Part shown: one piece after another, positions 39,481-54,638 of the stretch
Numbering within the stretch: the first letter of the stretch is position 1
How the letters are laid out: every line of letters begins with the position of its first letter
Translations under genes and position numbers: made by a program
The notes under the pieces: model-generated
What the model saw: the letters and a program-made list of their open reading frames with translations, nothing else
The model's database searches: none
What the model was told of the DNA's origin: nothing
From: Eledone cirrhosa
Taxonomy: Eukaryota
Assembly (NCBI GenBank): GCA_964016885.1
Contig: OZ024741.1
Coordinates: forward strand, 382,912,001 to 382,976,000
Direction: 5' to 3'
Length of the DNA: 64,000 nt

Positions 39481-40971
39481 AAATATATATATATATGTGC
39501 CTGCGTGTGTCTGTGTCTGTGTATATATACATGTGTGGGTGTATGTGCCTGTTTGTCTATGAGTGTGTGTGTCCATATATAATACATACATACATATATA
39601 TCGTTGAATTCATGTTTCTACGTTTCGATGAATGAAGGCGGATGTAGAATCAGTCCACATACATTTTCTACTTGTTTTGAGCCAGTGGATCTTTCATTCT
39701 CATTCTCGTTATATACCGTTTGTCTTATTTGTTTAAGACAAATGGTATATTTTTCATTTGATCAATTCGGCCTCTTGCCAGCCTCCTAGCTGTGGCTTTA
39801 GGACAATGGACGATAGTTACATTGCAAACCTATATTAAGCTGCATGTCAATCGGTAAAACCTGACCTCTAAGTATCCAGAATACTTATCCGAACATTATT
39901 CAGCCGCTGTCTTCTGAGCAGTAGCTCGTTCACGTTCATCACATTTAGGAAGCTTTTTGCTACTTGAAAAGTCTTCATAAATGTGACCAAGGGGTCCCTG
40001 CTACTACGTTTTTGAAATTAGTAATTCATCTCTTAGATAAATTGCAAGTCTAACTAGCTCTGTATACACGATTTTTACATATTTTTGGATCACCAACGTT
40101 TTACTTGTCTTCGTTTTCATCCCGAAAGGTGTCAAAAATCATCCACTCCGCCAAGCTTGTCTGGTGGGGTTGTCAGTTTAGGCACTGATGAGGCGATCAT
40201 GTGATATCATGTGTTACTATTTGCTTTTTCCCACCAATTGTCCCATCCTAACCATCACCTATATTTCTCTCCCAATTCTCTACACCGCTCTATCTCTCAT
40301 TCTCTCTCTCTCATTCTCTCACTCTCTCCTCATTCTCTCTTCTCTCTCTATGTCTCACTCTCTCCCCATTCTCTTCTCTCTCTATCCCTCACTCTCTCTC
40401 TATCTCTATCTCTGTATCTCACTCTCTCTTTCTCTCTATCTCTCACCCTCTCTCAAGCCTATGTGTTATTTCTGAATAAATTTCTTTTTCGGCCATGTCA
40501 GAAAGACATTCTTACATTTGCCCGTACATCCATTTCAAGTCCAACCTTCATATTTCCCCGGCTGTCTAGCTGTAAGCATACTCGATCTTTGTTTTCTCAT
40601 TCTATCATTATCTGGTTATAAAGACGAAAACATACTTCCGTAAGCGTTTCTACACATGTACGTATATACTTGTTATTAACATTCGAAAGGTGTTATTTGT
40701 TTTGTACACATTTATTTTCTTTGGTGTGATCCTCTGCTTGTCATGGATAATTTTGGTATGTACTTTGTTTTCTGGACTCTGAAAGGTCGGACTTTGTCTG
40801 GAGACATACGCATTTTCTATATTGGTTTCTTGTGTTATCAATTCGCTAGTAGCTGGGGCCTTATAATCCACAGACATAACTGTAGATTCAATCGCACCGT
40901 AGCTACGGTCTGGGTCTGAAGAGTCGAGCAATATTGTCCGTGTATCTGTGGCTTATGTGAGGTTTAATGAT

Positions 40972-41003
<32 letters not shown>

Positions 41004-41045
41004 TACAAATATTAATAAAATAGATGTTCTTTTGATCAATTACAT

Positions 41046-41094
41046 TTTATTATACATATTTCGGATGTACATCTGTACGTCCTCATCAGACACA
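41046..41094 (-). ncRNA. Hammerhead ribozyme in a pLTR remnant of about 100 bp
   Basis: tgtgt CTGATGA GGAcGTACA ga TGTACaTCC GAAAT atgt ATA ataaa. Confidence 0.75.
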
Positions 41095-41097
41095 ATA

Positions 41098-41281
41098 TAA
41101 TTGTTTCTACTTTAGGCACAAGGCCAGCAATTACCCAGTGCATTACTGGTACTTTATTTTATCGACCTCGTAAGGATGAAAGGCAAAGTAAACCTCGGCG
41201 GGATTTGAACTCAGACCGTAAAGGGACGTAACTATGCTGGAAAGCATGGCGTCCGACTCTCTACTGATACTGCCAATCCAC
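41098..41281 (-). mobile_element. SINE family 1
   Basis: Head plus core. Confidence 0.9.
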
Positions 41282-41473
41282 AATGATACATGACATACCC
41301 TGAGATGTTAAATGGTTAAGATCTTGTTTAACTATTTAAAATATATATATATAAATAAATATATCTATATATCTATATATATGTGAGTGTGTGTGTATGT
41401 GCGTGTGTGTGTGTGTATGTGTGTGTGTGCGTGTGAATGCACGTATGCCTGTGTAAAAAAATTTATATATATA

Positions 41474-42258
41474 TACTTTGCTGATGATGTAGCCCTTATC
41501 ATCAAGGATTGCATAGGAATCCATAATATGACCAAGATCCTGGTTGAAACAGCTGGAAAGTTTGGCTTGAAGTTAAATATATCAAAAACAAAAATATTAA
41601 AAGTTCCCTGCAGTGATACATATGAAGATTCAGTCAATCGGTAAAAGATAGAAGATGGTGAACACTTTACATATCTTGGTAAGTTTTATACAGTTGATGG
41701 AAATACTAATGCTGACATACAACAAAGGATAGACAAAGCTGCTGGAGAATTTAACAAACTTCAATCATTATGGCAATCGAGGAAACTCATATGAGTAACG
41801 GAATCGAGGTTATATTGGTCAATTGCTATCTGAACAACAACATATGCTGCTGACACATTGAAAAGTACCACCACATCTAAAAAATAGCTTGATATTTTCC
41901 AACAAAGATGCACCCGAAAGATGCTGGGTATTAGATGACAAGACAAGATTACAAACTGAGATGTGTTTCGAAGGGCCAATGTCCCACACCTGAGTCCTGT
42001 CCACATAGCAGAAGAATGCAGGTGATAGGGCATGTCGTACGAATGGGGGGCAATATACCAGCTAGAAAAACAATGTAATGGTTGCGAGTTGGTGAGAAAA
42101 GATTAAAGCCTATTCCGAAGGAGACGTGGAGATCCACTCAAAAAGATAACCTGTGCAGGTGAACCACAAACTGATTTCAAACACAAACGCTTGCCAGAAA
42201 CAGAGAAAATTGGAAGAACATCGCGACCCATTGCCGTGGGGCTGCAGAAAGCATAGAG
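41474..42258 (+). pseudogene. RTE-clade LINE RT 3' fragment
   Basis: YFADDVAL, GLKLNISKTK, FTYLG, DIQQRIDKAAGEFNKLQSLW, FQQRCTRKMLGIR*QDKITN, GHVVRM; stops and frameshifts. Confidence 0.85.
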
Positions 42259-42271
42259 AGAGATAGGGGGG

Positions 42272-42332
<61 letters not shown>

Positions 42333-44371
42333 GGAGAGAGAGAGAGAGAGAGCGAGAGCGAGAGAGAGAGCGAGAGCGAGAGAGAGAGCGAGAGAGACCG
42401 CAAAAGAACAAACGTTATAATTAAATATTTGATCTTGAAAATCAACTACCGCTTTATCCATAAACATTGATTACTTTTTCAGCAAACACTGAAAATCAAG
42501 TGTTCATTTGCGTTACTAAAGTTGCACTACACTTACAGGTAGTCTTAGATTTGAATACTCCTCTTTTAGAATGAAAAAACATTGTTTCGTCTTTCACGAA
42601 TTTGCCAATCTATACGAGATTCTGAACACGTCTATGTCTTCTGTATTAAACACTCATGTTAATTTGATCTCTGGATGTTCTTTTACCAAACAAATATTTT
42701 GCGAAATAACTCTGTTGTAATTTCCCGTCCATAGAAACCAGTTTTCAATCCACAAAGTATAATTTCCGGTCAACTCAATCAACTATTCCGCAAATCATTC
42801 CAAAACGCTTCTATTTCTGTGAGATTGAGGTTAAACTAATTTAATTTCATTTGCAACCCTTACATATTCCTAGCAATCGATTCAAAACATCTCTGGTTAC
42901 TTGTTATCTCTATCATTGTTTACTTCCACCTTTTCATAAGAATATGAAATATATATATGTTTAATGTATATATGTTTAATATATATATGTTTAAACCGAA
43001 AGGATATATTTTGAATGGTGTGGAATGTGCTCTTATCAGATACACCGATTCCATACACTATTTAACTGATAAATTTTTAACCTTGAAGATGAACTCACAT
43101 TTAACTGAAAAGTATGGACTAATCTCTACACATACAGCTTATAAAAAAACGGTCAACCATTATTATGTGTCAACATATACGTTAACATTTCTATGGTGTA
43201 TACATTTCTTCTTTGAAAAAGTTTACGTAGATTCACCAAGTCCCAAATCTGGAGATTTAGTAAGAGTTTCCTGATTCGTGACATTGAAAATACGTTAAAC
43301 TATTAAAAGAACAGACGTTTATTATCAACATTTATAAGGTTAATTCTGGCAACACTACAGCATTGCGGTAAATGCAGTTTTCACAAATTGACACGTCATT
43401 TCCTGTTGATTCTGGTGACATTTACTAAATTCACATTATCTATTCTAAGATGCTATCGGTTTCTGCTGTTGACATTAAGTGCTGGCTCTCAGCATCATTA
43501 TTCTTTGAAAAGATCGATATACAAATACATATTTCGATTGAGGAACTATTCGTAGCGAACAGCAGATCCCTCGTCACCCAACAACTCAACTTCTTGTAAA
43601 ATGACTCTGTAATCCTGCTACTGAACTACTTTCTCCTTACCAACTCTAAAGGCAATCAATACGGATAGTGCAACTGAGGAATCATTAATGTATAAAAATA
43701 TCCATATTTACCGCATCTTCTGTTGGTTTCCGTTCCAATTTTTAATGAGTGTTGTTGATGAGATCACTATGTGTTTTTATTGAACGTTAAATATTCAATG
43801 TTATTTAGAAATTAGGAAACACGAATTTTCAGATATATATGAGTTGAAATGTCCATTTATTTCATTTCAATTTCATTCATAAAATTTTTTTTTTTCAAAA
43901 TTCTAACGATATAATATTCATCTTACAATTATATTAAAATGTAATAAGTATTTTTAATGATACAGAATGCTAATTTACACATAGTGGGTAGTGATTGAGT
44001 GTGTTTGTGTGGGGGTGGGGGTAGCCTCTGTGTGTAAGTATCTGTTTGTGTGTACTTGTATGTGCGTTTGTGTGCTTGTATGTGTACATGTGTATGTGCG
44101 TGTATATATATGCATTTTCATAAAAGAAATCACAAGGAGCTGCATAGGAAGAATTGTTAGTATATAGAAGAAAAGTCTTTGCGATATTTAATTTCAGGTT
44201 TATATGTTCTGAGATGAAATCCCGTCAGCCACTTCCCGTAAGGGACATTGGTAGAATTTGAAACGAGCACGTCCTAATAAAGGTGATTTCAGCAAATCTT
44301 GATCAATATAAATGATAGTTTTAATAAATCAATTGTTCTCGGTATGGTGAACTAACTGTTGTGTTACCAAT

Positions 44372-44445
<74 letters not shown>

Positions 44446-44582
44446 AACGAGTAGGACCCCGACGGCTGAGCTGAAACCGTTTCGACGGTGTCCTACTCGT
44501 TCCTATTACCCCCTCTACTACCCTAAGTATTGAGTACTTTGGTGCGTTATGGTCCATCTGGTTCCTTACCACATTTCCTTCG

Positions 44583-44746
<164 letters not shown>

Positions 44747-45118
44747 GTATATATATAGTATATATATATCAGAATAAAAATGTTAAAATGTTATAACCAA
44801 AAAAGCTAGTGGTACACACAACACACACACACACACACGCACATAAATGTATATATATGTGTGTGTGTGAGTGTGTGTATGTGTGTGTAAGTGTGTGTTC
44901 TCTTTTTACTGAGTTATATATAGACATACATTTATATATGTATCTGATGATTTCTTTCGAATGAAACATTTCTAGTCCTGTAGAAGCCATTTCTATATTA
45001 TATATATATGTAATCTGCTATTTTAATAAATGTTTGCTCTACGGTTCTTATATATTTGATATATATTTATCCTTATCGAACCCTCTTTGGATTTTAGTCT
45101 TCAAATTTATTATTATTA

Positions 45119-45163
<45 letters not shown>

Positions 45164-45170
<7 letters not shown>

Positions 45171-45707
45171 ATACTTTGGGAGGGCCATGCTGCCAATAAG
45201 AAACACACGCACCAGTTGCTTTCACTTCAATTTATTATATATTTATAAATTTATAAATTTACAAATTTACAAACTTATAAATTTCTGGTTGGTTGGTTGG
45301 TTCCATAACCAGATAGTTGTTTATATATAGTCATAGTCCTTTCGTCACACACTCTGTGACCTCTTCAGTGACTGGGGATTCCTTTCTTTGTTCCTGTGCC
45401 TTTCCTTTCTTCTATCCTACGCCATTTTGTTTCTGTGTGTGTGTTGTGTGCTCAGTTTTGCGCATGCGCCACATCCGGGTGTCTGTGTGTGTTTGTGTTC
45501 ATTTATCTATTTGTTTATTTATTTATTTATTTATTTATTGTTGGTTGGTTGTTTGTTCTATGTGTGTGTGTGTTTTCATTTTGTCCTTAATTGTAAGTTG
45601 TGATGTTGCTGTTCCACTCATATTTTTATTTTTTCACTCATATATAACAATATCGGTTTCAACACACGATTTCAGATAAAGAATCTTGCTAAACAAATTC
45701 AGAAACG

Positions 45708-45710
<3 letters not shown>
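45164..45710 (-). mobile_element. PLE pLTR unit, family D
   Basis: Homologous to 1813-2219; (TA)n flanks. Confidence 0.75.
45329..45373 (-). ncRNA. Minimal hammerhead ribozyme (family D), intact core
   Basis: agtca CTGAAGA g GTCACA gagtg TGTGAC GAAAG ga CTA tgact. Confidence 0.88.
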
Positions 45711-45740
<30 letters not shown>

Positions 45741-45882
45741 AACGAAACGAGTAGGGCCCCGACGGCTGAGCTGAAACCGTTTCGACGGTGTCCTACTCGT
45801 TCCTATTACCCCCTCTACTACCCTAAGTATTGAGTACCTTGGTGCGTTATGGTCCATCTGGTTCCTTACCACATTTCCTTCG

Positions 45883-45944
<62 letters not shown>

Positions 45945-46308
45945 ATATGTATATATATATAGTATATATATATCAGAATAAAAATGTTAAAATGTTATAA
46001 CCAAAAAAGCTAGTGGTACACACAACACACACGCACATAAATGTATATATATGTGTGTGTGTGTGTGTGTGTATGTGTGTGTGTGTAAGTGTGTGTTCTC
46101 TTTTTACTGAGTTATATATAGACATACATTTATATATGTATCTGATGATTTCTTTCGAATGAAACATTTCTAGTCCTGTAGAAGCCATATTATATATATA
46201 TGTAATCTGTTATTTTAATAAATGTTTGCTCTACGGTTCTTATATATTTGATATATATTTATCCTTATCGAGCCCTCTTTGGATTTTAGTCTTCAAATTT
46301 ATTATTAT

Positions 46309-46371
<63 letters not shown>

Positions 46372-46378
<7 letters not shown>

Positions 46379-46641
46379 AGATCAAAAGATGGTTAAAGGA
46401 GTTCCATGTATTTTATTATGCGCATTTCAAAAACAAACATCATCATGCAATAATATTTGTGTTTTCATCAGATAAAACAGGAGAACATGATATGAAGGCT
46501 AAAAAACACTTGTGGATAGTGCAGTTTTAAATCAACATATCAACGATCTTATATTATGTATACTCCAGTCCTACAAACTGTAGAGTGCTTCTTATCCGAT
46601 ATCTGCATTGCTTTATTGTACTACAATAAAACTCACCTCCT

Positions 46642-46644
<3 letters not shown>
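46372..46644 (-). mobile_element. pLTR-only mini-element, family A, with HHR at 46411-46477
   Basis: Near-identical to 54633-54800, plus a forward tail as at 56398-56496. Confidence 0.85.
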
Positions 46645-46687
<43 letters not shown>

Positions 46688-46819
46688 AAATGAGGTTTTT
46701 TTTACAAAATGAAAAATAACCGAGGTGTCCTACACGAGTGAAAGTATAAGGAAAAAAGATGAAATCGAAAATGCAACTCGATTCTTATTTTTAAAAAATT
46801 ATATATATTTATTTGGTTG

Positions 46820-46855
46820 CTTTACCGGTTTCGCAGTTCTTCTGCTTTTCAAAAG
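46820..46855 (-). ncRNA. Minimal hammerhead ribozyme, U3-A8 core
   Basis: ctt TTGAAAA GCAG aagaa CTGC GAAAC cg GTA aag; palindrome ACCGGT. Confidence 0.75.
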
Positions 46856-47929
46856 TAGAGTTGAGATGGAGGGTCTGTGGTTTTTTTCACATCTGGTTGG
46901 GCTTTGAATGTTACTTGTTTTATATGGAAAAAAGGGGCTCGAAACGCCAGGTTTTTAGAGAAGTAATTTGATTGGTTGGTGAATAAGTATAATAAATTTC
47001 GCGTCAGTTCGCGTTACAAAGTTCTTCAAACAAAGGGGGGAGGTCTCAGGTTGTTTTTTCATATATGAGTGAAGTTTGGTTGGTTGATGCAGTCACGTGA
47101 ATAAGCACATACGCTTTCGCGCCAGTTTGTTTGAATTTCATTTTACTTAAAATGAAGTGGCTCACGCAGGCTTTTTTTTTATAAATGTAATTTGATTGGT
47201 TATAAATGAAATTATGACTGTCACGTGAACAAGTTCCTCAAATTTCGTGCCCGTATTTGGGAATTTCTTTTGTAGCCTTTTAGAGAATTTTATGACAAAC
47301 AAAAGATATTGGTCAAGAGAAATGGGATGGTGAGAATTGTTCTGGTCCAGTGAATATAGCTGGTTCGCTGGGGTGTCAGAATTCAGACTTTCTATTGAAA
47401 TAAAGAAAGTAGAGATATTTGTGTGCTTGTGTGTGTGTATAGGAAGATGATTCTATTAATAGAAATGGGGGAGGGAGTTGTGTGTATGGGTGTTATGTGT
47501 GTGGGGGGGGAGTATGTTAAGATGGGGAGAATATATATATTTTGTTTCTGTATGTGTGTAGGAAAGTGATTCTATTAGTAGAAATGGGGGAGGGAGTTGT
47601 GTGCGTGTGTGTGTGTGTGTGTGGGGGTGTTATACGTGTATGTATGGGTGTTATGTGTGTGTGGGAGTATTGTTAGCATGTTAAGATGAAGAGAATATAT
47701 ATTTTGTGCGTGTGTGTGTGTGTGTAGGAAAATGATTCCGTTAGTAGAAATATTTTTGAATGAACATATTTTCCTTATTTATTCGTATTTGTTCTGTTGT
47801 ATTGTCAGCGCAAACGTATGTTAAGGTTTATTTGGTTCTGGTTTTTATTTTCTAAAGTAGAAGGTGTTATGTGTGTGTGTATGTGTCTGTTTGGATGGTT
47901 AGCATGTTATGGTGTTGACATAATGTATA

Positions 47930-50700
47930 TTAAACTATATTTAATGCTGGTCTATATTTTTGAATAAACATATTTTCCTTATTTATTCGTATTTGTTCTG
48001 TTGTATTGTCGACGCAAAGGTAAAATGGGAAGACTTGGAATGTGGGTGTCCTATTAATTGCGCATATGTCTAGATGTGCACTTGGTGGTATATGTTTCGT
48101 GGTTGGATCTCGTAATTGTTGGCGATGAACTGTCATTCTGTTTCTGAGTGTGAGTTTAGTTTGTCGTAAATAATCTTCATTGCATCCTTTACATAAATTA
48201 TAATTTTTGATGAGCAAATGAATTGATTTTTTACAGCAAAATGTTGTCCTGATTTAAATGTATACGTGTTGCCTTCAATGAGGTGAGTGCAGGTTCCGCA
48301 ATTAAAGCGACCACATTTTTTGACAGTTGGTTGTGGGTTTGTAGGAGGTAATTTGGCATTGGTGAGTAATGTTGTTGTGATTTCGGTTGTCTTTTGCTTT
48401 GGATTATTTTGTGTGTTTCAAGAGCTTTTTTTCATTCTTGGGTCTTGTTTCAATAGTGGGATGTTCTTGTGAATAGTGTTGTAAACTTCCGCATTTTTCG
48501 GGTTGTATGATGAGATATATGATAGAATATTGGACGCACCTTGAATTTGTTTCTGTTTTCGTAATTCATTAATGCCTATTGCTTTAGCCCTTTCTATTCC
48601 ATTATTTATTAGTAATGGTGCGTACTGTCTTTCGAGTAGAATTTCATTTAATTCTTGAAGTCTTTTATTTCGCGTTTCATAATTCCACAATTGTGCAAAT
48701 TCTTCTTGCTAGGTTAAAAAGAATGTTCGTCTTCGTGTGCTTTGGATGGTTGGAGGTGAATAGCAGGTATTGTTTGGAATCTGTTGGTTTGTAATGTATG
48801 ACAGTTTCAATATTTGTATCTTTTTTTAAGATTAAGGTGTCCAGAAATGTGATTTGATCTTGGCTGTATTCCAATGAGAATTGGATGTGGTTATTGATGC
48901 CGTTAATTAAATTTTTGAAATAATTCATTTGGTCGAATGTGTGGGACCAAAGAATGAGACTATCATCCAAGTAGCGTTTCCAATTCTCTGATAAATATTT
49001 GTGGAAGTTCAATCCGTATTTTGATTTGGACTGTTCATATATCTGGACTTCTAAGTATGCCATGACTAAGTTGGCATAAGTTGGAGCGGCTTTTGTACCC
49101 ATCGCAGTCCCCGATATTTGCTTGTAAGTACTGCCATCGAAATCAATAAAGTTGTTCTGTAAGATAAATTTTAATCCCTCGGTGATGAAGCTTTTTTCTA
49201 TTCTGCCAGGTAGCTCATTGGGATATTTCTCTAGCCAGAATCCTATTGCTTCTAGTCCGTATTGGTGTGGGATCGTTGTGTAGTGATTCACTACATCGAA
49301 AGAGACAATAATAGTGTCGTTGTTGACATGTTTGGGGAGGTGGTTTAAGAGGTCCAGATCGTCTCTTACAAGGCTTGGTATGTGTTTGAGAATTGGTTTT
49401 AGTAGTATGTCTATAAAGTTGCTCAGTCTGTGTGTTTCACATTGTGGGCCCGCTAAAATTGGTCTTAATTTAAGGTCTGTGGGGTATTGTGTGTTAACGC
49501 AGGCTGAGGTGGATTGTTTACAGGCATCGTTAATTATTTTACACTTGTTGATCTTTGGAAGTTCGTAAAGGTTGCTGGTTTTGTATTCAAAATGTGTTAA
49601 ATAATCGCGTTCCTTTTTAGTTAAGACTTCCTGGTATCGACAAATCAGTGTGTTTAATATGGTCATCGTTTTTGATTGCTGGTAGTTTTTTAATCTTTCA
49701 TAGTAATTAGTATTTTGTAAGAGAGAGAACATAGAATTTTTATACTTTTCAGCATCCATAATGACAACAGTACTTCCCTTGTCCGCTTCCTTAATTATAA
49801 TGTCCGTAATGTTTTTTAGTTCATGGATAATCTCCCATTCCCTTCGATTCGTGTTGGGTTTGGGTTTAGGTTGCGGTAGTTCATGGTATGGGAAAGTAGC
49901 TATGTTGTGACAAAATTTGTCCAGAACTCTGTTTCTACCTTTTTGGGGTTGTAGCTGCTTTTATTCTGTACAATTGATTGGTCGTTATTCTCCTTGTCAA
50001 AAAGTTCCTTTGTGAGACGTAATTTTCTACAGAAGTGTGAGATATCGTCATTTATCTCATTGGGGTTAGAGTATTGTGGCGTTGGTGTGAATTTCAGTCC
50101 TTTGGAGAGAATTTTAACTTGTTGGGCTGAGAGGTTTGTATTTGAAAGGTTGATTATTTTCGGTTTTTCAAAATCGGTTTGTGCCACCGGGTGTCGTGGG
50201 TCCTGTAGCCTCGGTCTAAAAACGATTTTTCTGGAATTTTTTTTCAATGGTATTATAATATCTAATGGCATTTCTTGTATAGAAGTTTCGGACGTATTGA
50301 GGTTCGGTTTGTTGATAGTCCGGGTTGTAGATTGTGTTCCTTTGTGTGGGTTGGGATCTACGATTTTGGGACAGGTTCTGTGTGGGCGGGGGTCTACGGT
50401 TTTGGAATAGGTTTTGTGTGGGTTGTGATCTGCGGATCGGGTCCTGTCTTGTGTAGGGAGATCTTCGGTTTTTGTTAGTAGGGTTATAGTTTTCTCTATG
50501 AGTTCTGGGATTATCGTCATAGTTTTGCTGGGGGTATGTTGGACGTTTTGTTACCTTTTTTGTTATTTGTTGTGCCTGTGGTGTGTGAGTTTTAGTTTGT
50601 TTTTAAAATGGCTTACCTGTATGTTGTTGATTTTTGAAATCGATTTCGTAGTCGTTGAACCAGGTGGATGTTGTTTTCCATCGCTGGAGGGATGTTAGTT
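47930..50700 (-). pseudogene. PLE polyprotein (Neptune-like RT + Zn-finger linker + GIY-YIG), several frameshifts
   Basis: LSKGLKFTPTP, IKEADKGSTVVIMD, LPKINK, RPILAG, SFDVVNHYTTIP, GTAMGTKAAPTYANL, KRYLDD, FLD, SNHPKH, CGRFNCGTC, RMTVHRQQ, FIQKYRPALN. Confidence 0.93.
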
Positions 50701-50992
50701 CTTCATCCTCAGAATTTTCTTTCCAAAGTTTTAAGGTTTTTTCTGCATCAACCAACCAAAATTCACTCATATATGAAAAAACAACCTGAGACGCCCCCCC
50801 CCCCCCCCGCCTTTGTTTGAAGAACTTTGTAACGCGAACTGACGCGAAATGTATTATACTTATTCACCAACCAATCAAATTACTTCTCTAAAATCTAGCG
50901 TTTCGAGCCGCCAATTTTTTCCGTATAGAACAAATAACATTCAAAGACCAAGCAGACGTGAGAAAAACCACACACCCTCCATCTCAACTTTA

Positions 50993-51028
50993 CGTTTGAA
51001 AAGCAGAAGAACTGTGAAACTAGTAAAG
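50993..51028 (+). ncRNA. Minimal hammerhead ribozyme, U3-A8 core (inverted pLTR)
   Basis: cgt TTGAAAA GCAG aagaa CTGT GAAAC ta GTA aag; palindrome ACTAGT. Confidence 0.65.
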
Positions 51029-51096
51029 GAACCAAATAAATATATATATTTTTTTTAAATAAGACTCCAGTTGCAATTTCGATTTCATCTTTTTTC

Positions 51097-51482
<386 letters not shown>

Positions 51483-52763
51483 AAATAGGTTGATGCTTGC
51501 TAGAGAAAATGAACCATCTGAAAGCTGCAGCACAGAAATTTTAGTAAGTGCAATTAAAAGATAGAAAATGATTCATGTATTTTCCCTCATGTATAATGAA
51601 GCAAATGTAGACAGCTCACTAAAGTTAACAAAGAGACAAAAAACTAAATCTATCTTACATCTTTTACTAATTGAGGTTCAAAATACAAGGCCATTTCCTC
51701 CATTGAAAATGTATAACACTCTCTTCTAAAGTTGAAATAGGTAGCAACGTATAATAAAACAGAAATACAAGTAAAAATATAATTATAAAATGAGCTAATA
51801 TTGTTGTCCTTCGCTTTTTGAATTAGTTTGAAATATTCTCCTATACAATATTTTGTTCTTTCAACGTAAGGACATAGCAATGTGATGTGAATTGAAATAT
51901 GAGGCAAAAATGGACACTTCTTCTTTAATTAAATAATTGAAAGACATAAATATCCGTACTATTTCAGTAAAGAATACATGTTCCTGATTTATCCCCGAAG
52001 ATGTAAAGTACACCGCTAATATTTTTAATGTTATGAAACTGTAATAATAAAAGATATATATCGCCAGATGTATTGTATATTAGCATAAAATATTAGAAAA
52101 GAGACAGACAAATTAACCACGTATAGTTGTGAAGTAAAGATGTTCGTTTCGGAACAGCGGTGTTCTAGAATTAGTCCTGCTGCTCTAAATCTTCGTCTAG
52201 TGATCTCTATAGTGTATTGTTGACCAATATCTTGTGAGTAAATTTTGGTTGAAGATAACTGCGCACAACTATCTTAGCGTTAATGAATCAAGAACCACTG
52301 AAATCTTACGGCGATCTGCTGATATGGGCGCAAATTATCACCAAGTCCATTAAACGTATATGGCCATCAGAGACAAATAATTAGTGAACAGCAGAGAAAC
52401 AGATAAATCGTTGTTAAATAACTTTGATTGGAATCATAAAGGATTGATGTGAATCGAATAATGATAACATTTAAGTAAATGACGTAGTGGTATACGTTAT
52501 ATACATAAAGCTTTGAAACTTTTTAAATTAAAACATATTTAAATTGCCTTCAATTCAATATAAACATATATGAGTGTACATCTGTATACAAAGACATTTG
52601 CATTTTTTATAACAAATAAATCTATTAGGTTATACGTCACGATATTTTGAGTACAGCAATTTAATCATCTTAAATCATTCTAAAATAAATAAAAAATTAT
52701 TTGTGGTAATACATATGTAATATATATGTATGTGTGTGCGTGTGTATTCATACACATATACAC

Positions 52764-52845
<82 letters not shown>

Positions 52846-53104
52846 ATGTGTGTGTGTATGTGTGAATATAATACGTCTATATACTTATACGCATGGATAC
52901 ATAATTCGTATACGTATTTCTATATAGTCTCGAATACCCAGAGGTTCAGTGGCAGACATTAAGTCATAAATCATGCATCTCCGTGTAAGTATAAGTTATT
53001 GCGTGAGATTTAATATTTAATGTCTGTCTGTGAACTTCATTCTCTGCTGTATGCAATTTCTTTTAAAACACACAGACGTATATCTATCTATGTAACTATC
53101 TATA

Positions 53105-53337
<233 letters not shown>

Positions 53338-53982
53338 CGAGTGATAGATAGATAGATCGAATTATTTACATGTGTGTTTCTATCTGCGTGTGTAGTTTAT
53401 AAAAACTGTGCTAATATGTAAATTCACCTCAATTCGTCTTCGAAAAACACGCTAGACTTCACTGGCAGGCATTAAATATTATATCAGATAAGTTTAATAT
53501 AGAATAATATCATTCGGCTGTGTAAGCCAGCAATATCATATCATCTGTAGCAGCAGTACGAGTAGAAAGGGTAGAGAAGCGAAGACACAGAAGACGGTAC
53601 ATTGATTTAATAAATATATATAATGGCCAAATCATATTTAATTTCCATTCGACCTTGAACATTAGATCAATGGAAACAACACTAGAATCTGATTCCATAT
53701 TTACTAAGATTCGATAATTTTAAAGATTAATTAAAATGAGAAATTTAATTTTATTTTGTTTAATATTAAACAGCGTAGAAAATTTCATACATGGATAAGC
53801 AATTTGAATATTGCGAGTATGTTACTTTCATTATTGAAAAGCAGTCATGCTTCCCATCTTATTGAACAGGAACATAATTTCTAACTTTTCAATTGTTTGA
53901 CATGTTTATTAGTTTGTGTATTAGTGTAACTCCTTATTAGTTTATGCGTACATATGTTTGTGTTCATATACATATATACACA

Positions 53983-54077
<95 letters not shown>

Positions 54078-54411
54078 CACATACACACACACATATTATA
54101 TATATATATATATAGTAAAGGAGTGAAGAATAAAGTGGTAGGCTGTGCAATAGGATTTTTGAATAAAAGTTATTCTTCACTCATTTACTATTATTACTCC
54201 AGGAACTGTCTTAGATCGGCCACCTGACTAATGAAACATCTAGTTCAGTCAAACAACGCCGAACGCTGCAACTATCCTCGATACAGAGTAATCATAACCT
54301 CTACGTAGATTAGCTTAAACGATAGCTCGTTAACTTATATATATATATATATATATCAGATAATGGTAGTTAACACGTTAAGACGGGATTAAATCATCAT
54401 AATTGTTTATT

Positions 54412-54460
54412 GCATTATATATATTTGTTACATGGTTATTTATGTGACTTCGTCAGATGC
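54412..54460 (-). ncRNA. Hammerhead ribozyme lacking G12, in a (TA)-flanked unit 54357-54590
   Basis: gcat CTGACGA a GTCACAT..ATGTAAC AAAT atat ATA atgc. Confidence 0.6.
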
Positions 54461-54587
54461 TTACGCCATCATTGACGCAGTTATGTAATCAATGTGATAT
54501 GCTGGTGGCCCTGCACGTCCATCCAGTAGTGAAGTGGTATTTGATGTGAATCTTCTGTATTATAAGTTCTAGTAGTTTATATATTAG

Positions 54588-54632
<45 letters not shown>

Positions 54633-54638
<6 letters not shown>

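Noticed and set aside
40184-40230. CTGATGA as a hammerhead core
   Set aside because: No downstream GAAA or pairing stems.
40650-40931. 93-aa ORF as a host exon
   Set aside because: No recognisable domain or clean splice sites; lies in decayed repeat-like sequence.
42957-43274. 105-aa ORF
   Set aside because: Begins in a low-complexity repeat; no motif support.
45166-45648. Solo LTR suggested by TGTTA...TAACA ends
   Set aside because: Explained by inversion of the family D pLTR at TATAACAATAT; contains an HHR, with no PBS/PPT or TSD.
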